Shown here: one piece after another, positions 26,062 through 38,147 of the stretch
Layout of the letters: each line of letters begins with the position of its first letter
Position numbering within the stretch: the first letter of the stretch is position 1
Source: Carcharhinus amblyrhynchos
Taxonomy: Eukaryota
Reading direction: 5' to 3'
NCBI GenBank assembly: GCA_965287045.1
Contig: OZ336881.1
Coordinates: forward strand, 52,638,001-52,702,000
Length of the DNA stretch: 64,000 bases
Program-made: the position numbers and the translations under genes
Notes under the pieces: model-generated
Seen by the model: the letters and a program-made list of their open reading frames with translations, nothing else
What the model was told of the DNA's origin: nothing
The model's database searches: none

Positions 26062-26396
26062 GCCTGGATTTTCTGGACTGGAAATTGCAGCCCTAAGCCA
26101 ATGGACCTTTGAAAAAAGCAAACTACTGCGGATGCTGGAATCTGAAACAGAAACAGAAAATGCTGAAAAATCTCAACAGGTCTGACAGCACCTGTGGAGA
26201 GAGAATAGAACCAACATTGAGTCTGGCTGGCCCTTCGAAGTCTTGAAATGTTGGCTCTATTCTCACTCCACAGATGTTGTCGGACCTGCTGAGATTTTCC
26301 AGCATTTTCTGTCAATGGACCTTTGGCTGCTCCATCAGATGTTCTGCCCCATCCATAACGATTTCCGTCACGTGCAAGACCGGAAAATCCAGGCCC
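26062..26396. mobile_element. Short MITE containing a palindromic Penelope-like insert (26112-26312)
   Basis: TIR gcctggattttc ... gaaaatccaggc. The insert is flanked by a perfect 13-bp direct repeat caatggacctttg (26099-26111 and 26313-26325) and has inverted arms of about 65 bp. Confidence 0.8.
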
Positions 26397-26499
26397 TATT
26401 TTTACTTTGCAATATTTTCCTGTTTTAAATAATATATTCACTTAGAACCAGCAAAACACAATTTTATTTCACAGTCAGAGCACAACTTGAAAAACATGT

Positions 26500-29400
26500 C
26501 ATTTGGTCAGGTTACCAGTTGTGAAAGAAATCAAATTGCACTTGTCCCAAGCGATTATCCTGTAGTTACCACCATTGGTCACACCAATTTTTGAGCAGTT
26601 ACTCAGCAGCGAAATCAACAATTGAGCATGCTTTCACTGCGCTGTATGAAGGGAAAGCAACATACTATTATGACGATGGTCCAGTAAGAACAGGTTTTGT
26701 TTTCATCTCAGCAAGCTGCAAAGAGTAGAAGCCTCTTAATGGGAACATCCCCATGGTGAACAGAACATTATCGTTATCCAACTGTTCCTATTAATCAAAC
26801 ATGGCGTGGGGACTGAATCGGTGTCTGAGCAAATGCTCGCTTCAAATTAAACATTCCCGTTAAGATCTGAATCCATAACTATTCGACTACAACTGATCAC
26901 ATACTGATTGAAAGCAAACCTGTTACACCCGTGCCATGATCATAATGCAGTGCTATATTAGCTTGTTAGCTTCATGCCCCATGCACATCAGTATTAGATC
27001 CTCTGGTGTGCATTCCAAAAACAATTTCAACCAACCATTCTGCAGCTGCATTCCCTCTCAGTTTTATATAGCTATTAAATTTCTAATCTGACTCATTTAA
27101 AATTTAAATTACAATTATGATATTAGTAATAATTACCATTTTAATATAATAATATGATAATGAGGGTGTCCTTTAGCCACAATTGTTAGTGGGGAATTCT
27201 AATGGATTAACAAAATTACTAGACAAACAAGACAAATTTATTTTGAAAATTACTTGTCGATGATTTTAAAAACATGGCTGGGTTTACAAAGGTTTCTGAA
27301 TAAAAATAAAGTTGAAAGGCTCTACAAGTATTTTTATTTAATTTGAACCATGGTAATTAATAAAAGAGTAAAATAAAATTCCCTAATATATGTAATTGTT
27401 TCCAGCAAGATACAGGAAGTTAAAGGTTAATTAATATGGTTGCCATGGAAACATTTGGGGAGAACACTTAGCAGTGCCAGATGTCTGTAAACTTCATCAT
27501 GAAATGGCCAAAAATATTTTCACTGCATTTTATTCGATAGGTTGACAATGAGCCAGAATTTACTGTAATAACAATAGTGACACTAACGTGGTTCACCACT
27601 ATTTTTGTGCAATTCCGACAGCAACTTTAGACAAGCAGAGATATGCAGTTAAAAGCATAAACCTATAAGTTCATCCAAAATGCACCACTCCATCATGCAC
27701 TTCATGAAAATGACATCTTGCTCCCCATTCAGATCTTATTTATTTATTTTTATTTATTCATTAGTGCCACAAGTAGGCTTACATTAACACTGCGATGAAG
27801 TTACTGTGAAAATCCCTAGCTGTACTGAACTGCACGAGGTTTCTATCCTTTAGATAGATAGGAAATTTACCACAGAAAGTTATGCTTTGCTAATTTCTAC
27901 ATCTTTTCACTGGGGGCAATAAGACTTAAATCTACCAACAGGCTTTCAGGTACTAAAAATTAGCAGTTACAACTGTGGAATCTCATTTCTTTAGCTTTTC
28001 ATTATTGCTAGAAACATTTAAAAACATGTACTTTTTCAATTCTTTTCCTATTTTCCCACACCTGTAATTTGATTTTAATCCCTTTCTTTATTTCACATTC
28101 TGTATCTAAGTTGACATTGAATTCACTGTTCTGATTCGCGCTTTCCTGTTTAGATCTTAAACTGATCGAACCTCATTCTTTCAATCTGTTTGGTCAAGGA
28201 GATAGACAGGTGCTTATGCTATTCATTCAGGTTCCAGGTGCCCTACACTGGGCATCTGATTATTTCCACCTTGCACCAAGAGTAGTTTACTGTGTAAATT
28301 ATCATGGAGGTTAAATGGTAAGGGCAAGTCTAACATTGATGGCTTCCATTTGCTTATTGACTACAATAAATTCTAGCCCAATGAATTATTTCTGCCATTT
28401 CTCTTTTTTGCTTTGTCCTAAAGTTCTCTAAAAATACCCCCTGGATATTGTACAAACATTTATGAATAAAATTTCAAAAATTGCAAAAAGCAGAGTGCCT
28501 TCAGAAGATCTTCAAAGAAAAATTCTAACCAGATACATGGATAAAACAATTCTTCTTCCCAAATATTAGGTATACTTATCATTCCCAACAGCAGTATGAT
28601 TAGCATTTACCAATCACTTATCATGGCAAAGTAAAGTGTGGAACCTGTCCGACAGTCAATACCCAGTGAAGGTCACATTAACATTTGGCAACTGTGTAAA
28701 TCAGACTGATGGCATGTTATACACCTCTCCAGATTCTTGTTTCCATTGACTTCAGTTAGACATGTTTTAACACACTAGTTTATTAAGACATGTAATACCT
28801 CACCAGGAACAATGGAAGAAGCAGAATCTATGGCAGATTTTAAACAGGAAATCAATAAATATTGCTGGGGTGAAGGGGTGTGGGGAGACTAAAGAACGAA
28901 GGGGTGGAAATGGGATTACAAAGATAATTCTTTCAGAAAGGCAACATATGATGGGCTGAATGGTTGTAATCCAGAGTTGTAATGTTTTAAGATCCTTCTA
29001 AATTGCAACATGATTAGCAATTGCAAAAACAATATGATTAGCAATTGCTTGAATTTTACAAGAGCAACATTAAAAAAAAACTTTCAAACATCTCAAAATC
29101 TCATCTCAGTCTCCTTCAAATTGGATGAAAGATCGATGGGTTATGGACACCTTGTAAACTTCCATCACTAATACTACTCCACATACAGCAAAACATGAAA
29201 TGATCTTCATTAAAGGAAAGGATTCACTAAGCTGTTTCATGTTCTTTATTAGCTAATGTACTTTTTAAACTGTAAGCTACTTCCAAACCAAGCTTGAAGT
29301 CTTCCAAAGAACTCATATGTTTCATTGAAACGCTAGCTGACAAGTTCCTTGCCTGAACAATCCTGAGGGACAACTGTGATGATACAATTGTGAAACAAAC

Positions 29401-29535
29401 CTCTGAACTGCTAAACTATGGAAGTGGCTTGTGAAAATTTCCTTTCTACAGATATTTTCATGTTTGATGATCGGGAAGAGTTGATTATTAAAATCACTTT
29501 TAGAATTCCATACAGTTCTTTTATTAGCATGATAA
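26500..29535 (-). pseudogene. Putative decayed large exon(s) of the unidentified nested gene
   Basis: Acceptor-like tgtttgttttAG; stop-poor frames. The frame continues across the excised TE 27550-28379 (RNNSLSTYRIKCSENIFGHF). Confidence 0.45.
27550..28379. mobile_element. AT-rich non-autonomous TIR element with 3-bp TSD
   Basis: aat|gagccagaatttact ... aataaattctagccc|aat; contains a SINE tail at about 27745-27820. Confidence 0.7.
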
Positions 29536-31694
29536 CTAAAACAAACAGGGCATTTTTGTTTTAATCTACTTACTACATAACCCAAATAACTTCAGTCATG
29601 TTTGCATTAATGCAGCATTAATCATGTTGTTGTGTATTAATGAGTTTTCAGGCTATGCTAATTACTGTCATAGATTCTGCAGCAGGCCATTAAATATACA
29701 AATTGCCGAATTAAAGATCTGGGCCTTTTCATGATTAATCTTAAATGGGTAAAAACTAATGATGTCTATAGAAAGTTTTCCTTTACTTTTAGCTGATTTT
29801 GTGGTTATGACTAAATATAATCAATCTAATTTCTTATAAATGATGGACTGCATTTTTTTAAAACTAGTTGATCTCCTGTGGGGTCGTTAGCAGGTAAAGT
29901 TCGGTTCCTGAGCTTTCTTTCTGTTCTGTCCTTTTCTCTCCATCTCCCTCTCATTCTCTTCCCATTAATATTTTAATGTCTTGTTAGGTCTCTCATATGC
30001 CTTCAGTTAATTTTGTTTCTCTATCTATGTTTGTGTCCAACTCTTCTCTACAAAACGAATCAAAATCTTGCTTCAAAGAAAATCATCAGTTCTCAATGGA
30101 TTAAGTAAATCCTGTTGCTATAAAACATGCATTTTATTACAAATCCAAATACTGATACGCATATGAAAAATAATGGGCTGGATTTTATCGAAGTAGCAGT
30201 GGGCTCATTCACTGGCTGGAAAGCCGGTGAATAAATCGTCACAGCCATTTCCAAGAGCCCTAACATGATCAAAAGCCAATCAGATACCTACCTGACGGGC
30301 CGATGTTCAGCTGCTAAGAGTTGGCAGTCAATTGGAGGCCAGCAACCCTTCAATACCAGCAGCGCCACCAGAGGCAGTGGCCGCTGCTGGTTCTGCAATG
30401 GGTCCCAGGAAAAGAATCACCATTGGAGCCCCTCAACACACATAAATATGGCAGGCTAGTCAGGGGAAATTATTCAGGCCCTGGTTAATCAGAGCAGTGA
30501 GTGATGGGGCACAGTGTAGTGGCACCCTTGCACTGGTAGGTCCCTCCATTGGGCACAGGGAGTCTGAACAGGAGGAACACCGCCAATGCTTCCCCCATCA
30601 CCTCCCCTCCCCACTGTCCCTGGGCTGCAGGCATGCCTGCCAGGTTATTTTGACTATATTATGGACACCTAACTCCCCCACACTGATGTTGGTAGAATAC
30701 CAACAGCATACCAGACAAAATCTTTCATATTTACATTATTGATCTTACTGTAAAAAAATTAAAAGATTACACCTTGTTGAAAGGGTTATAACTGGATTTT
30801 TAACAATGCATTAACTGTAATTAGTCAGTTTGAAAAGCTAATTATATGTCTGTGGAACATCAATTTTCTCAATTATGGTAAAAACTGATTTTTTAAAGCA
30901 CGGTAATCCTTATATTAATTTTCATCTTAATCCAATTTTACTAATCATCACTTTCAAGATCTGAAATCTTAAATTAAAAGTAAAAAAGATTCTGCTTCTA
31001 ACTCTCTGGTTTGCTGTCTGTGAAAATACTTTACTGTGATTGGCTGCTTGCACTGATTTCACTGTTGCTGGAAGTCTGCAGATTATCTTGACTTGCTACA
31101 GTACTAAACTGCTCGGATATGTCAGGAAAGGAGAAATGCAAATTATGCAGGCCATTGATTTTTGGCAGGATCTTAATTATATTTAGACAAAGTCTATGGG
31201 CTGTTGCGCAGCTCACTCACTGCACCACCAGGGAAACCACCACAAGGGATCAACTTCGATGGAAGTGGAAGATCTATCAGCGATAGGGATTAGAAAATAT
31301 CACCCATGGCTTAGCATTGTAAATCCAGAAAATTTGGGATTGCCATTGACTGCAATGGAAATGTTAATGACAAAAAATAAACTTCTATCGGCATAGGGGA
31401 GAGCATCATTGGAGCAATGGAAATATTCCATCACATTATGTGCTTAATCTGTTATTTCCTGAAACACTGATTTTTAATAATGGTGCATGCTATTACAGCA
31501 TCATTTCTATCGCACAGACTTCCAGCAGATTCAGGGCCAATTTATGAGTTTTTAACCAGAATGAGATTAAAAATGATGTGCGTTGACAGCATAATAACAA
31601 GGGCAAGGTACTAAATTCCCTTATAATTGTTTAAGACGCAAAGCCACACGGAAAGGGGAATTCAGAGGGATACATTGGTCTTTGGCACGAGATT

Positions 31695-32080
31695 TGCAAA
31701 TTTTCATACTCCATCACGCAAACCAGCCTCCCATCCATTGACTCTGTCTACACTTTGCACTGCCTCAGCAAAACAGCCAGCATCATTAAGGACCCCACAC
31801 ACACACCGGATATTCTCTCTCTCACCTTCGGGAAAAGATACAGAAGTCTATGGGCAAGTACCAACCGACTCAAGAACAGCTTGTTCCCTGCTGCTGTCAG
31901 ACAGTTGAATGGACTTACTTTGCATTAAGTTGATCTTTCTCTACACCCTAGCAATGACTGTAACACTACATTCTGCACTCTCTCATTTCCTTCTCTATGA
32001 ACGGCATACTTCGTATAAAGCTCAAGAAACAATAATTTTCACTGCGTGTAACAATAATAAATCAAATCAAATCCAATCCA
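31695..32080 (+). mobile_element. Non-LTR retrotransposon 3' end (Rex1/Babar-like)
   Basis: gccagcatcattaaggacccc ... accaaccgactcaagaacagc (TNRLKNS) and an (AAATC)n tail. Confidence 0.65.
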
Positions 32081-32608
32081 AATATTGTATTTTTTAAGTT
32101 TAAGTTTACTTATTAGCGGCACAAGTAGGCTTACATTAACACTGCAACGAAGTTACTGTGAAAATCTCCTGGTCGCCACTCTCAAGTGCATGTTCAGGTA
32201 CACTGAGGGGGAATTTAGCATGGCCAATGCACTGAATCAGCATGTCTTTCAAATGTGTGAGATTGTGAGATATAGACCAGAATTCTCCGACCTCGCCCAC
32301 AGCTGAGATTCTCTAGTCCTGATGCAGTAAATGCAGAATTGTCTGAGCAACAAATTCTCCATTCTTCTGGCAGGGGTGACTGAGGCGGGGTGGGAAGGGG
32401 GCAGGATTATGGCCATTTTATGTTGTGTTGGCACACATTTCCTGAAATTATGAACAGTTATATTTCATTCAATGCTAGGAGGCCACTTACAGAGAGAGTA
32501 TACTCAAAAATTATAAACTCAGTAGCTTTTTGTTTGACTTGATAGTTGCTTTATGGCATTGGTGAGATTTGAAAAATAGCACCGCTGTTAACATGACAAA
32601 ATAATTAC

Positions 32609-32839
32609 CAGTAAAGTACGTGTTGACAGGCAGAGTTGAACTAGGAAATTTGAAGTAGCCATGACCAGGGAAACGAATTCCTTTCTCAGCATGAACAAGG
32701 TGGCTAAATAAAGACGTTTCCATCCTTTCCAGCTGGTACACTAGAGGGGGACCATTCATATCCATAGGTGGTTGCCAGTATAGTTTCATCATTGTGCTGT
32801 TCACTGCATCCACTCTAGGTGCACTTTGTCCTGCTGGAG
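32609..32839 (-). CDS. USH2A: Usherin internal exon (FN3 to LamG junction; about human exon 21)
   Basis: Acceptor tttttgttcAG|CT CCA; APAGQSAPRVDAVNSTMMKLYWQPPMDMNGPPLVYQLERME...KGIRFPGHGYFKFPSSTLPVNTYFT. Donor G|GTAAT. 231 nt, phase 1 to 1. Confidence 0.97.
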
Positions 32840-33007
32840 CTGAACAAAAAAAATACCTTTTTTAATTAATCCTCTGAACACTGCTCATCGTTTGCAAAAT
32901 CAAATAAAGATAACATCATAAAAGTCATCAATATTTTTGTTAATATCCAGTCATATTAGTTTCCAATTTGCATTGAAAGCCAATCAAAAATATGAATTGA
33001 GAATATT

Positions 33008-35153
33008 GGGAACGATTCTCCGAAAAGAATTCAAAGTGTCGAATACATATAAATACTAGAGAAAATCACGTGGCTTTTTCAGCTGAGTTTAAAAATGAAT
33101 CTCCCATACTCTGTGCACTGCAGAGTGCCCCAGCATGAATCAGTGCAAAAATCAGGGAGAGGCTGGCAGCATAGCACTGAGCGGACCATTGCACACTCGC
33201 TGATCTTGGTGCTAACAGATCAGCGCATGCGCAATGGCCCCTGTCTGCTGACCTCCCGATTGAACATAAGAACATAAGAAATAGGAGCAGGAGTAGGCCA
33301 TCTAGCCCTTCGAGCCTGCCCCGCCATTCAATAAGATCATGGCTGATCTGTCGTTGCTCAGTTCCACATTCCCGCCCTCTCCCCATAACCCTTAATCCCC
33401 CTTATCAAAAACCCATCAACCCGCGTCTTAAAAATATTTAGCGAGGCAGCCTCCACCACTTCAACGAGCAGAGAATTCCAGAGATTCACCACCTTTTGAG
33501 TGAAGAAGTTCCTCCTCAACTCCGTTCTAAACCGCCCCCCCTTTATCTTGAGGCTGTGCCCCCTAGTCCTACTGTCCTTTCTGAGTGGGAAGAGTGTCTC
33601 CACCTCTATCCTATCCATCCCATTCATCATCTTATACGTCTCAATGAGATCTCCCCTCATTCTTCTAAACTCTAACGAGTACAAGCCTAGTTTATTCATC
33701 CTCTCCTCATAGCTCAACCCCCTCAACTCCGGCATCAGCCTAGTAAACCTCCTCAGCACTCCCTCCAAGGCCAAAATATCCTTGCGTAAGTGCGGCGACC
33801 AGAACTGCACACAGTACTCCAGCTGCGGCCTCACCAATGCCCTATACAGCTGCAGCAAGACCTCCCTACTTTTATATTCAATCCCCCTCGCTATGAAGGC
33901 CAGCATCCCATTCGCCTTCCTGACCACCTGCTGCACCTGCAAGCTGGGTTTTTGCGACTCATGCACAAGGACCCCGAGGTCCCTCTGCACCGCCGCCTGC
34001 TGCAGTTTTTCGCCCCGTAAGTAATAGTCCTTCCTACCATTATTCCTACCAAAGTGGACCACCTCGCACTTGCCAACATTAAATTCCATTTGCCATTTCC
34101 TGGTCCATTCGCCCAGCCTATCTAGATCCTTCTGCAGACTCTCCACACCCTCCGCACAATTTGCCGTTCCACCAATCTTGGTGTCATCAGCAAATTTCGA
34201 CACCCTTCACTCGGTTCCCTCCTCCAGATCATCTATATAAATGGTAAATAGCTGAGGCCCCAGCACCGACCCCTGGGGCACTCCACTAGTCACCAACCGC
34301 CAATCCGAATAGCACCCATTGACCCCCACTCTCTGCCTCCTATTTGACAACCAATCCTCTATCCACGCTAACACCCTACCCCCAACTCCATGCCCCCTGA
34401 CCTTCTGCAATAACCTCTTGTGAAATTGCTGGCCAGCCCCATGATCCCCCGCATTTCCGGCACTCCCATCCCACCCAGGGCCTGACTGCCAGACCCTTCC
34501 CATAGCTCTGAACCGCCAGCAGATCGCCCCCTCTCCCCTACCCCAATGGACAGCCCTGATAGCTGGCCTTCTTCTGTTACGCAGCCCAATGTGCAGAGTG
34601 GCAATCAGCCCCCGCTTTTGGTTCTGCCCCGCACTAAGCTCCACCCCCTTGGCATTGTCCCATGACTGGCGGGCAGTGCCGTGTTCCCAGGACATTGACA
34701 CTTTGTCCCTTAGGCAGTGCCAAGGTCCCAGGCTAACACTGCCAAGGTGGCAATACCCAAGGGCACCCTTCCCTGCAACCAACTCTTTGGAGGGGGCCTT
34801 GATTGCCCCCCTTTCACTCCAATGGGGTCGGGCCGCAGCTCCCCATTAGTGGGGAGCTGTTGTAAACCCCGCTGGAGTGAAACACTCCTGACACAGATGG
34901 GGGGGTTGGTGGGCCGGGAGATTTCAATCCCAGGCCTGTTAATTAGATTTAAATAGTATGTAAATTAACATTTAAATAATTTATGAAGCTCCACACTGAT
35001 TTCTGGTGCGGTGTTGACGGCACTGGATATCTGGCACTGGGAGACTTGTAGAGGCCATGGAGCCCAGTGTGGAGCCCACTAAACAGCCTTCGCTAGGGTC
35101 TCCAGGTCAGCTGCGCTACAAAAGCAACGCAACGGGATGTTAGAATCACCTCC
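33008..35153. mobile_element. GC-rich non-autonomous TIR element hosting a CR1 insertion
   Basis: Termini gggaacgattctcc ... tagaatcacctcc; inverted relative of 19760-20772. Confidence 0.7.
33263..34424 (-). mobile_element. Young 5'-truncated CR1 LINE, reverse transcriptase C-terminal half
   Basis: HKRLLQKV...[21 protein letters not shown]...SKFADDTKIGG...to the C-terminus in a single frame with one stop (TGA 34209-34207). (TTCTTATG)n tail; attg on both flanks. Confidence 0.96.
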
Positions 35154-35730
35154 AATTGCTTGTTAATCCTGTTAGCAAGGGATGGCCTTTACAGTTTTCA
35201 ATTTATGCAATATTGCTATAATTTATGTGTATATCCAACATATAGAGAGATCCACTTTTCTAAGTTTCAGGTATTAAAAGTGAAGATAAAATTCCACATT
35301 CAGTATCAACTGTCCTGAGCAGTGACATCTGCACGGTGTGCCACAGCTGCTATCAGATAGATGGAGTTATTTTTGCAGCAAGTAACATTATGAACTCTAA
35401 AATATGTACCTATTAATAAAAGAAGCTTCCATTCCTAATATACACATACAGAGACAATTCACGAAAATACAGAGTAATTCTCTGGTGCTTTATGTACCTT
35501 GTCTTATAACCAGCATTAAATACTTACGGAAATTATTTTTTTGCAGTTGCTTTAGATAAAGTCATGATACAGATGGTGACAGTTTTAAATTGGCCCACCC
35601 AGTGGAAACAGTGGAAATGTTAGCCCTAAAGTAGCTGTGCTGCATAGTTTTGTTTGGACCTTGGTCCAATAGTTCTTGGTGTCTTACGATAGACAGGCCA
35701 GTTTTCTGCTAGAATCAAGTGGTAGCCTCA

Positions 35731-36876
35731 GGAGCGATTCCCCCATCATGACTCACAAATTTTCTAGCGGGTCAGGTCAGGAGATGAGCGTGTTGGCCAT
35801 TTTGCGGGATTCGCATACGTGTTCCCAATGCATGTGCGTCTCCCAGAGCCAGAGAACAGTCGGAACCACACTGGAAACCAGCAGAAAGAGAGGTAAGTGA
35901 TTTTAATCTGTTTTAAGTGCATTTTAAATCTATTTTAAATGTGATTATCAGGCTCGGCACAGACCTTGCCGGGTCCAATAATATCTCCCACCCTGCCAGG
36001 AATATTTCATTCCAGTGAATTTAAAGTAGCTCCCCACATTCTGGCAACTAATGGAGACTTCATCGGAGTGAAGAGTGGGGGGCAACTGGGGACCCCAGAG
36101 AGTTGGGTAGCAGAGTGGTGATGTCCCCTGGGCATGGATACCCTGGCAGTGCCAGCCTGTGCCCCTGGCACTGCCCAAGGGGCAAAGTGCCCATGCCCAG
36201 GATGCACCTTGACACTGCCCAGTGGGCATCAGGCTGTGCCAAGTGGTGGGGCCTATTCTGGGTAGGGCCTAGGGGTCCATCAGTGGGGGTGGGCTGGTTC
36301 CACTGCCACTCTGCATGGATCGGTCTGGGCTGAAGGGAGGCCAGCGATCGGGGTGGGCTGCAGTGGGGAGGTCTGTTTCCCATCAGAGAGGCCTGCCTGT
36401 GGCGGGGGAGGGCGGGGGGGGTGCTGGTCTACCAGGGGCTGGGTCAGTGAAGGTGGGGGGGGGTGGCGGGGGGGGGAGATGTCTGCCGTGGTTGGTGGGA
36501 GTGGGAGGAATCACCACTGCTGGTGGGCAGGGGCCTGGAGATTGGAGTATTCTAGGCTGGGGTGGGTGTCGGAGCTGGCCAGGAAATTGTCGTGGGGGCT
36601 ATGGTGGTGTCAGGAGGGGCAGCACTGTGGGAGTCCCAGGCTGGCCAGCAAACAGAGAGACTGGTAGATTGGGGCCACTATGCATGCGTAGAGTTCCAGA
36701 ACGGTCAAAATCTGGCGTGAATAGGCCCCAGCCCCGAGGTTTTTAACTATATTCAGGATTGGGACCTCTGCATTGCGCAGAGTGGGGAGATTTGGGTCTG
36801 AAGTTGCACTGAGGAAACAGTTTTGATCTGAACCAGTTTTCTCACCAATTCAGCATTTTTGAGGTAATTGTCTCCC
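35731..36876. mobile_element. GC-rich non-autonomous TIR element
   Basis: Starts ggagcgattccccc; shares the ctggcactgccc repeats and subterminal sequence with 19760-20772. Confidence 0.65.
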
Positions 36877-37511
36877 ACATTTTTTAATTCAAGAGGGACC
36901 CTTTGATGCACATAGATCTCAAAATGGATGAGGCCTCCTCCTGGCAGGCATGGGTAGGCTTTCCCTCCATTTCCTATGCCACGTCTGGAGTTAAGCTTTA
37001 CTTCCTGACACTCTTAACATTGTAACAGTTAGCAAACCTTTTCACTGTGGTGATTGATGAGGTTTCATCTTCATTAAGAGGATGAATGTTCATGCTGGAA
37101 AACAGAATTCCTGTCCATTTCAGTGTGAAGTTGGCCAGGCCAGACATAGCTGCTGGGTAAAGTTCCCTCTGCTCTGCCCCTGCATTGCACTTTAGTCCTT
37201 CTTCTGAAACACGCTGCATTGTCCCAGTGTGACATTTTTATTTGCCATCAGAGCCACCTTTGTGTCATTCCTTGGTGAAACTAAAGTGCTTCAAATCCAA
37301 ATCATCCAAACACAATGCTGATATTCGCCGGAATTCTACTGCCTTACCTGTCACGGAATCAGAGCAGGCAAGGGGTGGACAACGGAAATGTCCATTGACC
37401 TTGGATGGGAATTTCCAATCTCACTCGAGCGAGGCAGTAAAATCCCACCCATTAATTTTTCCTCTGGTGACCAAATTCTGGAAAGTTACATATTTTTAAA
37501 GAGGAAATAGT

Positions 37512-37806
37512 AAGTAAAGTTCATTTATTAGTCACAGGTAGGCTGCAATGAAGATACTGTGAAAATCCCCTCGACACCAAACTCCGGCACCTGTTCGGGT
37601 ACACTGAGGGAGAATTTAGCATGGCCACTGCACCTAACCAGCATGTCTCCCAGGCTGTGGGAGGAAACTGGAGCAGTCGGAAGAAACTCATGCAGACACA
37701 GGGAGAACGTGCAAACTCCACACAGACAGTGACCCAAGCCAGGAATCGAACTCGGGTCCCTGGTGCTGTGAGGCAGCAATGCTAACCACTGTGTCACCAT
37801 ACACCC
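37512..37806 (-). mobile_element. V-SINE with alternative tail
   Basis: Reverse complement of the 41300-41600 type. Confidence 0.9.
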
Positions 37807-38147
37807 TCACTATTGGATGGAAACAAAGACGTAGGACTAACTTACAATTTTCTTTTCAATGAAAAGGCATAGAAAACTCTTTGAAATGTTTCTGCTGTGG
37901 GTACACACCCTCTAGAAACTAGGGTTAGACTGCCCAGAACTTATTTTATATTAAAGAAAAGTATCACTGTTATCCGTGCACCATGGACTGAATTGAAAGT
38001 TAAATCACAAACAATAAATAACGTTACTCACACAGTCCTTCTAGATTAGCACTACTGAGAATTATGTGGTTCCAGCAGCAACTGTGACAAGGCAACTTTC
38101 TTTACACCACTGTTCTTAGTTTACTTAAAAAAGGAGAAAGCTTTCTT

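Noticed and set aside
34425-34782. N-terminal part of the 191-aa ORF as an extension of the RT
   Set aside because: It is chance read-through from the host TIR element into the truncated LINE; RT similarity starts only at HKRLL.
35948-36746. Gly/Pro-rich ORFs up to 143 aa
   Set aside because: Artefact of G-tract-rich repeat sequence.
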